Sequence record: OM632671.1
Source: Escherichia phage BEU50
DNA length: 64,000 bases
Direction: 5' to 3' (one strand)
The translations under genes and the position numbers were made by a program. Each line of letters starts with the position of its first letter. Within the stretch, counting starts at the first letter, position 1. Shown here piece by piece: positions 40,363 through 51,037 of the stretch. The notes under the pieces were generated by a model. It saw only the letters and a program-made list of their open reading frames with translations. It had not been told where the DNA came from and did not search any database.

Positions 40363-40977
40363 ATGTTTAAAGTTAATACTTTTTATAAAATGAATTTTAA
40401 AAATGGGGATATTACTCCACGCCTTAAAAACATGTTCTCATATGACCTTATCGAGCCTTTTGAAGTTTTAGAAGTTACTGATGCCGGCTCGGTTTGTGAA
40501 ATTAGAACTTCTGAAGGTAAAATTTATCAGGCAGGTGTTGGTAAATTCAGTAATTGTTTTTCTTTAATATTCTCGACCGATTTAGATGAGCATTTTATTG
40601 AATGTCCTAACCCTAAGGTCTATGAAGTTCCACATCAAGAAACTAAGAAAAATGGACCGCACGAATATACGAAGGTTGAAACTCCTCACGGCGTGATGTG
40701 GCGACATAACTCTCCTTTTGGAAGTAAAGGAACATTTGCTCAACTGGCTAAGCCCTACGACGATGAAAAATATGTAGTAGTCCTTTTATCTGAACAGGGT
40801 ACTCAAGACCGTGGATGCCAGCGTTCCGGTTTATTGAGTGAACTCGAAGCTCATAACCTAGCACGTGAATTCGTTGAGAAAAATCCTGGTTCTGAAGCTC
40901 TAGTCATGAAAGCAATTACTCAATATATCACTGCTCAACCTGTTGTTCATCCGGTAGAAATTAATTTCATTAAGTAG
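40363..40977 (+). CDS. hypothetical protein (about 204 aa)
   Basis: ORF-track frame 40333..40977 trimmed to ATG behind GAGGAAA. Confidence 0.5.
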   Translation: MFKVNTFYKMNFKNGDITPRLKNMFSYDLIEPFEVLEVTDAGSVCEIRTSEGKIYQAGVGKFSNCFSLIFSTDLDEHFIECPNPKVYEVPHQETKKNGPHEYTKVETPHGVMWRHNSPFGSKGTFAQLAKPYDDEKYVVVLLSEQGTQDRGCQRSGLLSELEAHNLAREFVEKNPGSEALVMKAITQYITAQPVVHPVEINFIK

Positions 40978-41031
40978 TGTACATCCAAGGACGGATTAGA
41001 GTATAATGATTTCTTTAGTAAGTGGAAAAAT

Positions 41032-41229
41032 ATGAAATTTTTAATAGCACAAACAGTCCAATTAAAAGGTGTTGGAATCCCTGGGATGATTTTTAAAGTT
41101 CTCAACGAATTTAAAACTGCCGCTGGAATTATCAATGAAGCGTATGCTGTTCAATGGGTTGATGGGACTTCTGACATACGTATGGGTAAAGAGTTATCTC
41201 CTATTAAAGGGTTGAAACATGTTGAATAA
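41032..41229 (+). CDS. hypothetical protein (65 aa)
   Basis: ORF track. Confidence 0.45.
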   Translation: MKFLIAQTVQLKGVGIPGMIFKVLNEFKTAAGIINEAYAVQWVDGTSDIRMGKELSPIKGLKHVE

Positions 41230-41437
41230 ATTAATCCAGAAATTGTTTGGTACGGAAATGATTGAAGTTACTTATCGTGTAACCGACGTTTTTCCATATT
41301 ACGCGGAAAACCGTTTAGAACCATACGTTACGTCAATTAAAATGCCTAAAAATGACAGAAATTTATCTATCGAAGACCGTATACCTGGATACGGACATTG
41401 GGCTGATGTTGAAATTATAAGTGTTAAAGATGTCTGA
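41219..41437 (+). CDS. hypothetical protein (72 aa)
   Basis: ORF track. Confidence 0.45.
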   Translation: MLNKLIQKLFGTEMIEVTYRVTDVFPYYAENRLEPYVTSIKMPKNDRNLSIEDRIPGYGHWADVEIISVKDV

Positions 41438-41888
41438 ATTAGAAATAAGAAGTAATTTCAAATGGCCGTCATGTGCATTAAGTAACTTTGCTCAATGGCC
41501 TTTTGTTATGGATGGTATTCAATTCGGAGGTCTTGAAGGATTTCTCCAAGGATGTAAGGTGAAAAATGTTGAACAACAAAGACGTATATTTGGGTTGTCT
41601 GGATTGGCTGCACAGCAAGCTGGAAGGTCTTACGCAAGAGCTCAGGACCGTGGGACTCTCTTCTGGTTCGGAGTTCCATTTTCAAGATACTCCGAAGCGT
41701 GGAAAGAATTATACACAAATGCATATTTTGAAGCCGCGATCCAAAACAAGGGGTTTCGTGATGCCTTACAAGCCTCTAAAGGAAAAATTTTGAAGCACAG
41801 CATGGCCAGCCACCTAACAAAAGATGATACAATACTAACTGAAGATGAATTTATTGACGTGTTAAACCTATTAAGAGACTCTTTATGA
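41421..41888 (+). CDS. NADAR-domain protein (YbiA-like, ADP-ribose-processing family)
   Basis: LSNFAQWPFVMDGIQFGGLEGFLQGCK parallels YbiA FSNFAAWPIKVDG...E.YFQAQK signature. Confidence 0.6.
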   Translation: MLKMSELEIRSNFKWPSCALSNFAQWPFVMDGIQFGGLEGFLQGCKVKNVEQQRRIFGLSGLAAQQAGRSYARAQDRGTLFWFGVPFSRYSEAWKELYTNAYFEAAIQNKGFRDALQASKGKILKHSMASHLTKDDTILTEDEFIDVLNLLRDSL

Positions 41889-42700
41889 AGCCTACTATTT
41901 TGACTGATATTGATGGTGTATGTTTAAGCTGGCAATCTGGACTTCCTTATTTTGCCCAAAAATATAACCTTCCATTAGAACATATTTTAAAAATGATTCA
42001 GGACGAAAAATTTATTTCTCCTGGTAAACTGTTCAATACCGACGATAACCTTGGTAAACAATTAATAGAAAAATATAATAGCTCTGATTTTATTCGTTAC
42101 TTAGCGCCTTATTCTGATGCTCTTCGAGTTATCAATAAACTAAAAGAAGACTATAATTTTGTAGCCGTGACGGCGCTAGGTGATTCAATTGATGCTCGAT
42201 TGAATAGACAATTTAATTTGAATGCTTTGTTCCCAGGCGCTTTCTCTGAAGTAATGATGTGTGGTCATGATTCTTCAAAGGAACAATTATTCGAACTAGC
42301 TAAAACAAAATATAACGTAATTTGTTACGTTGACGATTTAGCTCATCATTGTGACCATGCGGCAGAAATTCTTAATGTACCGATTTATTGGTTGGCTCGT
42401 GGTGAACGTGATGCCATTCCTCGTACTGCACAACGTGTACACACGTGGGATGATATTGAATCTCGTTTGGTTCTGCCTAAGAATAATTCAGATTCAGATC
42501 GTGAAGACCTTTTAAAACGATTGGCGGATTTGCTTAAAGAATCTGGTGCAACAAGTCCAGGTGCATGGCCTAATCAAATTGGCGCTCCGTCGAATCCGTA
42601 TACCTGGCGAACCCTAGGACCAACCGATATGCAGCCATGGTGGACGATTCAAAACTTTCCTTTAGATTCGTCTAAATGGACTTGGTCTATAAATTGTTAA
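41885..42700 (+). CDS. HAD-superfamily hydrolase (putative nucleotidase/phosphatase)
   Basis: N-terminal HAD motif I LTDIDGV; 271 aa. Confidence 0.55.
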   Translation: MKPTILTDIDGVCLSWQSGLPYFAQKYNLPLEHILKMIQDEKFISPGKLFNTDDNLGKQLIEKYNSSDFIRYLAPYSDALRVINKLKEDYNFVAVTALGDSIDARLNRQFNLNALFPGAFSEVMMCGHDSSKEQLFELAKTKYNVICYVDDLAHHCDHAAEILNVPIYWLARGERDAIPRTAQRVHTWDDIESRLVLPKNNSDSDREDLLKRLADLLKESGATSPGAWPNQIGAPSNPYTWRTLGPTDMQPWWTIQNFPLDSSKWTWSINC

Positions 42701-42709
42701 GGGATAATT

Positions 42710-42979
42710 ATGTTTGTAGTTCATGATATTACAGATGGCAAAAACACCACACGTGACTACGGTCATGTTAACATGTTCTTTCGAGACTGGCCATTGTTTC
42801 GTTCAGTAAAAGACGCAGAAATATTTAAAGAGTGTGTTGAACAAGGGTTCATCTACATTTCAGAATATTATGTTGAAGGTCTCGGTAAATGGATTACAAC
42901 TTATCAGAAAACGCTGAAATCGCTTCTAGATGAAGTGGCTTATAATAGAACCGTAACCAAAATCGAGGACATCAAATGA
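42710..42979 (+). CDS. hypothetical protein (89 aa)
   Basis: ORF track. Confidence 0.5.
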   Translation: MFVVHDITDGKNTTRDYGHVNMFFRDWPLFRSVKDAEIFKECVEQGFIYISEYYVEGLGKWITTYQKTLKSLLDEVAYNRTVTKIEDIK

Positions 42980-44469
42980 TTTTAGATATTTTAAACCAAA
43001 TAGCTGCGATCGGTTCTACTAAAACAAAACAAGAAATCCTTAAGAAAAATAAGGACAACAAATTACTTGAACGTGTGTATCGTTTAACATATGCACGTGG
43101 TATCCAGTATTATATTAAGAAATGGCCAGGACCAGGTGAAAGGTCCCAAGCATATGGTCTTCTTGAATTAGATGACATGTTGGATTTTATTGAGTTCACA
43201 TTAGCCACTCGTAAACTCACCGGTAATGCCGCAATTAAAGAGCTCATGGGTTATATCGCTGACGGTAAACCTGATGATGTAGAAGTCCTTCGTCGTGTAA
43301 TGATGCGCGACCTTGAAGTAGGTGCTTCAGTGTCTATCGCGAATAAGGTGTGGCCTGGACTTATTCAATTGCAACCACAGATGTTAGCATCTGCATATGA
43401 TGAGAAATTGATTACTAAAAATATTAAATGGCCTGCATTTGCTCAATTAAAAGCCGATGGTGCTCGTTGTTTCGCTGAAGTTCGCGATGATGGTGTTCAA
43501 TTCTTTTCTCGTGCTGGTAATGAATACCATGGTCTTACCCTATTAGCAGATGAATTAATGGAAATGACTAAAGAAGCTCGTGAAAGACATCCTAATGGGG
43601 TTTTAATCGACGGTGAATTAGTTTACCATTCATTTGATATTAAAAAGGCTGTGAGCTCAGGAAATGACCTGTCGTTCTTATTTGGTGATAATGAAGAATC
43701 CGAAGAAGTACAAGTTGCGGACCGTAGCACTTCAAACGGTTTAGCAAATAAATCTCTTCAAGGGACTATTTCTCCTAAAGAAGCTGAAGGTATGGTTCTT
43801 CAAGCCTGGGACTATGTTCCTTTAGATGAAGTCTATTCTGATGGCAAAATTAAAGGTCAGAAATACGATGTTCGTTTTGCTGCTCTTGAAAATATGGCTG
43901 AAGGCTTTAAACGAATTGAGCCAATTGAAAATCAGTTAGTTCGTAATCTTGACGAAGCTAAAGTGGTTTATAAAAAATATGTTGACCAAGGTCTTGAAGG
44001 TATTATCCTTAAAAACCGTGATTCATATTGGGAAAACAAACGTTCTAAGAACCTAATTAAATTTAAAGAAGTTATTGATATCGCTTTAGAAGTTGTAGGA
44101 TACTATGAACACTCTAAAGACCCTAACAAATTAGGTGGTGTCGAACTCGTATCACGTTGTCGTCGTATTACAACCGATTGTGGTTCAGGGTTTAAAGATA
44201 CAACTCATAAAACAGTTGATGGTGTAAAGGTTCTTATTCCTTTAGATGAGCGACATGATTTGGACCGTGAACGATTAATGACCGAAGCTCGTGAAGGTAA
44301 ATTGATTGGACGTATTGCTGATTGTGAATGCAATGGTTGGGTTCATTCTAAAGGACGTGAAGGCACTGTAGGTATTTTCCTCCCAATTATTAAAGGGTTC
44401 CGTTTTGATAAAACAGAAGCGGATTCGTTTGAAGACGTATTTGGACCACGGTCCCAGACAGGTTTATAA
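42976..44469 (+). CDS. 30: ATP-dependent DNA ligase
   Basis: 497 aa; ligase adenylation motif region KADGARC; T4 DNA ligase family. Confidence 0.92.
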   Translation: MILDILNQIAAIGSTKTKQEILKKNKDNKLLERVYRLTYARGIQYYIKKWPGPGERSQAYGLLELDDMLDFIEFTLATRKLTGNAAIKELMGYIADGKPDDVEVLRRVMMRDLEVGASVSIANKVWPGLIQLQPQMLASAYDEKLITKNIKWPAFAQLKADGARCFAEVRDDGVQFFSRAGNEYHGLTLLADELMEMTKEARERHPNGVLIDGELVYHSFDIKKAVSSGNDLSFLFGDNEESEEVQVADRSTSNGLANKSLQGTISPKEAEGMVLQAWDYVPLDEVYSDGKIKGQKYDVRFAALENMAEGFKRIEPIENQLVRNLDEAKVVYKKYVDQGLEGIILKNRDSYWENKRSKNLIKFKEVIDIALEVVGYYEHSKDPNKLGGVELVSRCRRITTDCGSGFKDTTHKTVDGVKVLIPLDERHDLDRERLMTEAREGKLIGRIADCECNGWVHSKGREGTVGIFLPIIKGFRFDKTEADSFEDVFGPRSQTGL

Positions 44470-44657
44470 TGAAAGCTTATTTAGAAACAGTTATTGTAGC
44501 TAAGAAGGATGGTGGAGATGTTTCCACCTCTTGCTCTCAGATTATATTAGATTTTCCTAATAACGATTCCTATCATATTTTTATGGACAATTTCGATAAG
44601 TACGAAAAAGGCTCTAATTTTGAAGTTTATCGTACTTTGCTTCCGATTGTGGATTAA
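44469..44657 (+). CDS. hypothetical protein (62 aa)
   Basis: ORF track. Confidence 0.45.
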   Translation: MKAYLETVIVAKKDGGDVSTSCSQIILDFPNNDSYHIFMDNFDKYEKGSNFEVYRTLLPIVD

Positions 44658-44677
44658 GAGCCTTCGGGCTCTTTTTG
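44657..44677 (+). terminator. rho-independent terminator candidate
   Basis: AGAGCC-TTCG-GGCTCT hairpin then TTTTTGG. Confidence 0.6.
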
Positions 44678-44712
44678 GCATAAATATAAATTATTACTAA
44701 AAGGAAAACACT

Positions 44713-46800
44713 ATGTCTGAACAATTAAATGAAGTGTTTGAATCTGAAGGCAGTCTTCCTGTCGTCAATTTGAACCCTAAAGCTAAAGTTCCACAAGTCT
44801 GGAAAATTGGTGATATCGATACAAATATTGTAGTTCGTTTATTCTCTTACCTTTCCGAAGGCGACGCTGTAAAACAAGTTAAACTTGGCGACAAATACGC
44901 TCATGTTGTTATTATGAGTCTGTCTGAAAAGGGTAATCTCGCTGAATTGAAAAATGGCCTTGGTCCTGCTCCTATTGATGCAATCAACACCATTTTCAAT
45001 ACAGTATATGAACAAGTTAAAGCTCTTCGTATGGATGCAGTTCTGTTCCGATTCCCTACCAAGAAATTGAAAGGACGTGGACAACAGCTTCAAACTCTTC
45101 TTGCTCGTTTAGTTTCTACTAAAACCGGTGGTCGTTTTAAAGTATTGTCGGCAATGTATCAATTCACAGGTAAACACACCTATGTGATGATGGTTCGTAA
45201 AAATGCCAACATTGAAGATATTAAAGGCATCCCTAACATTAACACAGAGTTGTACACGAAAGTAGATTCTGATGTTGGCGAAGTTTATGTGAGTAAAAAG
45301 ACCGGCGAAAAAGTCACCAAAGAAACGGCTATCGCTGGTTCTATTGCTGCTGTAGAAGAAAAACGTAAAGATAAGCCTGTTATTGCTCGTACTAAAATTT
45401 CTCGTCGTGCTATTGCCGCAAGCCAATCTTTAGAAGCTGACCGCCAAGAAGGTGAGTTATTCCAGAAATACGAAAATTCTGCTAAAGAAGTTAGTGGCCC
45501 GGCTACAGCCGAATTACTTCCTGAAGCATATGAAATCGTACTAGCCCAAGCATCATCCACAGCAAAAGGCACTTTAGTTGCTGATATCGAAAATAAGATT
45601 TATAATCGTATTGATGAATCCTTTAGATTTGCTGATGAAGTTTCTTATGGTAGTGTTATTAAGCCAACTTTAGAAAAGTTTGCTAAGAAAATTAAAACTG
45701 AAAAAACAACATCTGTTAAAGCATTAGCTGCTTTTGTTGAAGCTGCAAACGAAATTGCGGACTCTATTAAAGACGAATGGTTTGAAGATTTTAGACGTGA
45801 TAATTTCCAACTGGCCGACGATGTTTTAGCTGAAGTATCTGAAAAAACTTGGAAACAACGTAAATCAGCGTTCTTGTCTAATGTGATGTATACTTATGCA
45901 CGAGAATCGGCTAGAGGCACCTTTAATATAACAATGAATCGGGACCCTAAACAATACTCTGTTGCTGAAAAACGAGCTATTCGCGAATATGCCTCTTCTG
46001 CGTATACCGATATCAATAATATGTTGTTAGGTCGTTATAAACCAGATTTTTACGATGTTGCAGATGAAGATGAAGTTAAACGCGCTATTGATGGTCTTGA
46101 TTCGGCGTTTTTAAATGGAGACCGTTTACCTGAAGGACTAACGTTATATAGAGCTCAGTCTATCAGAATGCCTATTTACGAAGCAATGGTTAAAAATAAG
46201 GTATTCTACTTCAGAAACTATGTTTCCACTTCACTAGCTCCTATTATTTTCGGTGGGTTTAAAGAGAACGTTGCCCTTGGACTTGCTCCTGAAGAAGTTC
46301 GCAAAGAGCTTAACATTGACAATAATGACGAAGGTGTTACCATTTCTCCTAGTCAAGTAAGAACAGCTATGCATGCGCCAGAACAAATCCGTGTTAACGT
46401 TGGATGGGCTATTGATGGCGCCCATAAAGTTAACGTGATTTATCCAGGACAGTTGAGTAATCACCCTAATGAGCAAGAAATTATTTTGCCTAGAGGCATT
46501 CTCTTGCAGATAAATAAAATTACAGATGCGTCATCTGACACCGGTGCAGGTTTAGAATCCAACCTTAAATTTATTCAAGCTGAAGTCATGTCCTCGGACC
46601 AGTTGGACGAAGCTGTCATTTACGATGGTGATGTTCTCATGGAAACAGGCGAGGTAGTTGCTATGACGGGTGAAATCGAATCAGATGAGCCGGTATCTTT
46701 TGCCTCATTTGTAGAAAAAACTAGTGCACCTAAAGGTTTGAAATTGTTAGCATCTTTAATGGATTTAGAATCAGTTCCGTTTAAATTTATCCAAGGATAG
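44713..46800 (+). CDS. alt: ADP-ribosyltransferase Alt (virion-packaged)
   Basis: 695 aa; N-terminus MSEQLNEVFESEG and overall T4 Alt architecture. Confidence 0.8.
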   Translation: MSEQLNEVFESEGSLPVVNLNPKAKVPQVWKIGDIDTNIVVRLFSYLSEGDAVKQVKLGDKYAHVVIMSLSEKGNLAELKNGLGPAPIDAINTIFNTVYEQVKALRMDAVLFRFPTKKLKGRGQQLQTLLARLVSTKTGGRFKVLSAMYQFTGKHTYVMMVRKNANIEDIKGIPNINTELYTKVDSDVGEVYVSKKTGEKVTKETAIAGSIAAVEEKRKDKPVIARTKISRRAIAASQSLEADRQEGELFQKYENSAKEVSGPATAELLPEAYEIVLAQASSTAKGTLVADIENKIYNRIDESFRFADEVSYGSVIKPTLEKFAKKIKTEKTTSVKALAAFVEAANEIADSIKDEWFEDFRRDNFQLADDVLAEVSEKTWKQRKSAFLSNVMYTYARESARGTFNITMNRDPKQYSVAEKRAIREYASSAYTDINNMLLGRYKPDFYDVADEDEVKRAIDGLDSAFLNGDRLPEGLTLYRAQSIRMPIYEAMVKNKVFYFRNYVSTSLAPIIFGGFKENVALGLAPEEVRKELNIDNNDEGVTISPSQVRTAMHAPEQIRVNVGWAIDGAHKVNVIYPGQLSNHPNEQEIILPRGILLQINKITDASSDTGAGLESNLKFIQAEVMSSDQLDEAVIYDGDVLMETGEVVAMTGEIESDEPVSFASFVEKTSAPKGLKLLASLMDLESVPFKFIQG

Positions 46801-46829
46801 TTTACAAACACATGGATGTGTGATACTAT
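46800..46829 (+). promoter_or_regulatory. T4-type early promoter candidate
   Basis: GTTTAC, 18-nt spacer, TACTAT; conserved leader ...CATGAGGAAAACGTTATG. Confidence 0.4.
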
Positions 46830-46858
46830 CATCCCATAAACAACATGAGGAAAACGTT

Positions 46859-47152
46859 ATGAAATCTATGCTTCGCTTTAATGGTCAAGAACTAGTAGTT
46901 GAAGATGCTATCCCAGCGGATGATGTTTTTAACGAAGCTGTGATTGACGAATTGAATCGAGTATTCCCAGGTGCATTCCATATTGCTATGGAACCTCTTA
47001 AAAACTTTCGTGACCCTGAGCACACTGATCAAATTTTTATCGGTGTAGTGACAGGTCATTTAGAAACAGAGGTACCAATGGTCGTATTAGTTAAATACTC
47101 TAAAGATGATACTCCATTCCGAGCACCAGCATTCCTTTCATTCCGTAAATAA
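46859..47152 (+). CDS. hypothetical protein (97 aa)
   Basis: ORF-track frame 46820..47152 trimmed to ATG behind GAGGAAAAC. Confidence 0.45.
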   Translation: MKSMLRFNGQELVVEDAIPADDVFNEAVIDELNRVFPGAFHIAMEPLKNFRDPEHTDQIFIGVVTGHLETEVPMVVLVKYSKDDTPFRAPAFLSFRK

Positions 47153-47161
47153 ACCCCTAAA

Positions 47162-47185
47162 GGGAGACGTTGTCTCCCTTTTTCT
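47162..47185 (+). terminator. rho-independent terminator candidate (between convergent genes)
   Basis: GGGAGAC-GTT-GTCTCCC hairpin then TTTTTCTT. Confidence 0.6.
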
Positions 47186-48147
47186 TATAGTCCTAAAACT
47201 CTTGACGCAGAATTCACCACACCTGTCAATGTGTTTATATTAGACACGCCACCAGCAGTCCCACCTAATCTAGAAAGTCTTGATACTGCACTTCCTAGAC
47301 CAGAATCATTCTGATTATTTCCAAACATTCCTGAAACACTACTAATAAGTCCTGATTCCAACCATTCTAAAGCAGCCTGTCTATTTACAGCACCTGATTG
47401 CATAACGCGATAAGCAAATGTTACATCAAAAACTGTTATCTGATTATCACCATCATATGTTAACTCAGGAGAAGAGACACTAACAGGAATACATCCGGTG
47501 AACATGACAGCGGTATGTGGTAAACCATTTCGTGCATGTAAATTAACCTGAATATCTGCTTCGACGTCTTGTGGTAAAGCACGAAGACCTGTTACAGGGT
47601 CTTGGACTGAGTTTACCCAGTCTTGCATTGCTCTAAAGTTAGATGCTTCGGAATCCATTCTAAAGCTTATTACTAACGGGTCCATTTCACGACCGGTAAT
47701 TCGGATGTTCGGGGAGTTATAGTTGAAATCTGTTTCATACGATAATCGGTTCTCAGGCATTTTTACAGAATAAATCATTAAACCTGTATTATTATATGCC
47801 ATATTGAAGAAGTCTATCAGATAAGCTCCTACCGTGAACTCACCTAACAAGCTTTGTACCGTACGTTGGCTCATTGCTCCAATCAGATATTTACTTATAC
47901 CCGATTTTCGAATTAATTTCTGTGTTCCTGCTGTAATCAGGGTTGTTACGCCCTGATTGATATCACCTTGAGACAATCCTAGCCAATCGGAATCCAACCC
48001 TAAGTTATTATAAGCAAAACTACCAATTGACGAAATTAGTGAAGACGATTTGGTTGATGGTGTAGTAGCAAATACACAACTAAACATATTGTTTCGTTGG
48101 AAATCTGCATTTATAGCTTGGTTATTAAATTCTTCTAAAGAGTACAT
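47185..48147 (-). CDS. 54: baseplate tail-tube initiator gp54
   Basis: 320 aa; T4 gp54 size and synteny. Confidence 0.85.
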   Translation of the reverse strand: MYSLEEFNNQAINADFQRNNMFSCVFATTPSTKSSSLISSIGSFAYNNLGLDSDWLGLSQGDINQGVTTLITAGTQKLIRKSGISKYLIGAMSQRTVQSLLGEFTVGAYLIDFFNMAYNNTGLMIYSVKMPENRLSYETDFNYNSPNIRITGREMDPLVISFRMDSEASNFRAMQDWVNSVQDPVTGLRALPQDVEADIQVNLHARNGLPHTAVMFTGCIPVSVSSPELTYDGDNQITVFDVTFAYRVMQSGAVNRQAALEWLESGLISSVSGMFGNNQNDSGLGSAVSRLSRLGGTAGGVSNINTLTGVVNSASRVLGL

Positions 48148-49256
48148 TAGAAAGTCCCCGCATAAAGTGAAGAACGGTTTAATGTAATAATTTCTCGCAT
48201 TGTTATCTCTAACGTAAATGTCGATGGTAAGTTAGGAGCAACAGCGAGACCATTAAATTGTCCATTTGGAGTTTTATCAAAACGTACGCTTTGAATTTGA
48301 CATGGGCCAAATACATCAGTTAACCCGTCAAATTTAGACGTGTGTCCAAAGTTTTTAACCATCCAAATTGTAGGGTTGCTTACAACTAATACATTTGTTA
48401 ATGACGCAGTAATCTTTTCAAACAATGTCTTATTTTTTACTGCATCGTCTGGTGTCATAGGCTCAATAAACGTTGAACGGTACCATTCGTCTAAATAACT
48501 TTTAATCTCTTGGGCGTATTGTGATTTACCTGTCTCACCATATGAGAAATAGTTAAAATATTGGTAAATGTTTATAATAGCCATAAGGTCTTCAGTTGAA
48601 CGTGGAGTTAAATCCCATGTAAAGACTTTAGTACGGTTCTCAGCACCGCCATACATACTACGAGAAGTCGTATAAATCTGTTCGTTATTATCAGCCATAA
48701 GCCCTTGAGTAATAGAATCTAATGCACCAAAAACTGCAGTAGAAGCAATGTTACTTAAAACACCTGTAGCAGTACCTCCACCTTTAGTAATAAGGCTATC
48801 ACCTATATCATTAAAACGATGTGAAGTTGTATCAACGTCAGATTTGGAACGTGGCAAAAGTATATTAGCAACAGGAGTTTTATTTATAGTAGACTTATTA
48901 GCTCCGGCAGGAAGCAATCCATTTGAGAATTTAGTCACCGCATCTTTCACATTATCAGTTAAATCTGATATGATACCGTTAGATGAAGTCCCGGCGTATG
49001 CCGGACGTAAATTCCTGAGGGATCCTGAATCGCGTGCAGACATATTGTACGCGGTAAATAATAATCCATTCTTATAAAGGTCTGTTACCTGGAAGTCTCC
49101 TGTGGAGTCATTTCCGGCTGCTCTTCCTGTAGGAAATTGAGCAACATAAGTTTTAGTAGTTGTTTCGGTTTTAGTGCTTTGCCCAGCACTTTCTGATACT
49201 GGGATTGCTTTATTTAAATCCTTTGCATCTACTACTATTTCTTTTACACTAATCAT
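48147..49256 (-). CDS. 48: baseplate tail-tube cap gp48
   Basis: 369 aa; synteny between gp29 and gp54. Confidence 0.85.
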   Translation of the reverse strand: MISVKEIVVDAKDLNKAIPVSESAGQSTKTETTTKTYVAQFPTGRAAGNDSTGDFQVTDLYKNGLLFTAYNMSARDSGSLRNLRPAYAGTSSNGIISDLTDNVKDAVTKFSNGLLPAGANKSTINKTPVANILLPRSKSDVDTTSHRFNDIGDSLITKGGGTATGVLSNIASTAVFGALDSITQGLMADNNEQIYTTSRSMYGGAENRTKVFTWDLTPRSTEDLMAIINIYQYFNYFSYGETGKSQYAQEIKSYLDEWYRSTFIEPMTPDDAVKNKTLFEKITASLTNVLVVSNPTIWMVKNFGHTSKFDGLTDVFGPCQIQSVRFDKTPNGQFNGLAVAPNLPSTFTLEITMREIITLNRSSLYAGTF

Positions 49257-49264
49257 AATAATCC

Positions 49265-51037
49265 TTAATTAACACCGGTGGCATGGAAAATTCCAGGAGC
49301 CGTTGTACTTGTTACAGGGGTCATATTCTGGACTACGGTATTCTTTTTGACGACATTATTTGTGTTACTAATCGCCGCTACCGGTTGCTGTTGTTTAGAT
49401 TCAGAAGCACGTCCTTTCTCTATTGACTGAACTTGTTTTGCTTCTGGAGATTTAGATGAAGATTCAGGCTTAACTGTTGTCTGAGCCTTTTTGGCTTCAG
49501 CCATTTTATTATTTAGCTTTTCAAATCTAGCATCTAATTCCTTTTTAACAACAGGAGTTTTATTAAGTTCAGGGTCTTTAATAAGTTTACTTAAATCGGC
49601 ATAAGACTTCTCGACGTTTTTAGCATTTTCCGGATTAGTCATATCGATTTTATCGATATAATCCTCAAATCTAACCAGTGCCGCACGAGTTTCATTAGCT
49701 TTTATATACGCCTCTTTACGCTCCTCTTCAGGTAAATCTTTTAATTTTGCTGATTCCGCAGCACGCTCATCACTTGTACTAAACTCTTCTTTATTGTCAT
49801 TACCACGAACCCAGTTAGTAACGAATGTTTTACCGCGTTGTAACATATCAAGACCTTTAGAAACGGTTCCTAATTCCCCATCGTCACGCTTCATTTGATA
49901 TTTAGCGACTTTCTCTTGGTCTTCTTTCTTTAATTTGTTCCCAGTAGTTTCTTGGAATCCTTCCAAAGCACGTCCTTCTATTTCGTCCGCGGTATCACCA
50001 AAACCTATAGCACGCAATATAGACGCGGAGAGTTTAGCCATTCCTAATTGAATTAGTTCACCTAAGTTCATTAATGCTGTTCCTACACCTTTGACAATAG
50101 CAACGGTTAAACCACCCCAGTCTCCAGCTTCCCACAATTGTTTTATCGAGTCAATAGAAGTGAATATATCACTTAAGAATTTACCCCACTCTTTAGCTTC
50201 ATCGGAGAATTTAGTAAAGTTTTCATCAAATAAATCCCAGGCAGAAGTGAACTTGTCTGTCCAATATTTGAAATGGACTATCAATAAATCAATACCGATA
50301 ACAATACCAAGAATAAGTGCGGCCATTTTTGCTGCTTCAATAGCAGCCGTTATAGTGTATTTGAAAAGCATTCCAGCAATTCTGTCTGAAATTGATATTG
50401 ATTTATTAAACCCGGTTTGAACTGTTTTGGTGAGCATTGCAATTTTATCGCTCAATTTAAAGCTAATTCCGCCTTTAGAATCGGAAGTAGAATTAGCACT
50501 TTCTTGAACCGGGGCCGGGAAGAAATCTTCGTCTGGCTTATTATCAATCTTTTCAGGTGTAGGGAATGCTTTAAACAACTCATCAGAAGTTTCATTCTCA
50601 ACCACTTTAACAGGTATTGCGTTCTCAATTACTTCAAGAGAGGTGCCTCCTGTATTTTGAATAGCGGTAGATGTTTGTAATTTTTGCTCTAATAATGTAG
50701 CTAATCGGTCTAACTTAGAGCTTATTGCACTAGAAACTTCGTTTATACTTTTAGTGACTTCAGTTTGTTTTTCAATAACTTCTGCGATAAGCTCTGTGCC
50801 TTCAGCAGTATTATCTGTCGAATTCTTTAAGTCTCCAATTGATTCAATAATTCCATTGCCTTTATCTTCTACACTTTGTGATGTGAGTTCAGACGCGGCT
50901 TGGACATCGTCTAGTTTTGATGAAATGTCATTCAATGCTTCTAATGAATCGGTAGCTGCTGTTGCAGCTACTTTTTGTGGTTTATTATCGGCAATGACCT
51001 TATTTCTACGCATGGATTTCATTTCTTCAGGTTTCAT
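49265..51037 (-). CDS. 29: baseplate hub / tail length determinator gp29
   Basis: 590 aa; Ser/Thr/Ala-rich extended protein; T4 gp29 size. Confidence 0.85.
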   Translation of the reverse strand: MKPEEMKSMRRNKVIADNKPQKVAATAATDSLEALNDISSKLDDVQAASELTSQSVEDKGNGIIESIGDLKNSTDNTAEGTELIAEVIEKQTEVTKSINEVSSAISSKLDRLATLLEQKLQTSTAIQNTGGTSLEVIENAIPVKVVENETSDELFKAFPTPEKIDNKPDEDFFPAPVQESANSTSDSKGGISFKLSDKIAMLTKTVQTGFNKSISISDRIAGMLFKYTITAAIEAAKMAALILGIVIGIDLLIVHFKYWTDKFTSAWDLFDENFTKFSDEAKEWGKFLSDIFTSIDSIKQLWEAGDWGGLTVAIVKGVGTALMNLGELIQLGMAKLSASILRAIGFGDTADEIEGRALEGFQETTGNKLKKEDQEKVAKYQMKRDDGELGTVSKGLDMLQRGKTFVTNWVRGNDNKEEFSTSDERAAESAKLKDLPEEERKEAYIKANETRAALVRFEDYIDKIDMTNPENAKNVEKSYADLSKLIKDPELNKTPVVKKELDARFEKLNNKMAEAKKAQTTVKPESSSKSPEAKQVQSIEKGRASESKQQQPVAAISNTNNVVKKNTVVQNMTPVTSTTAPGIFHATGVN

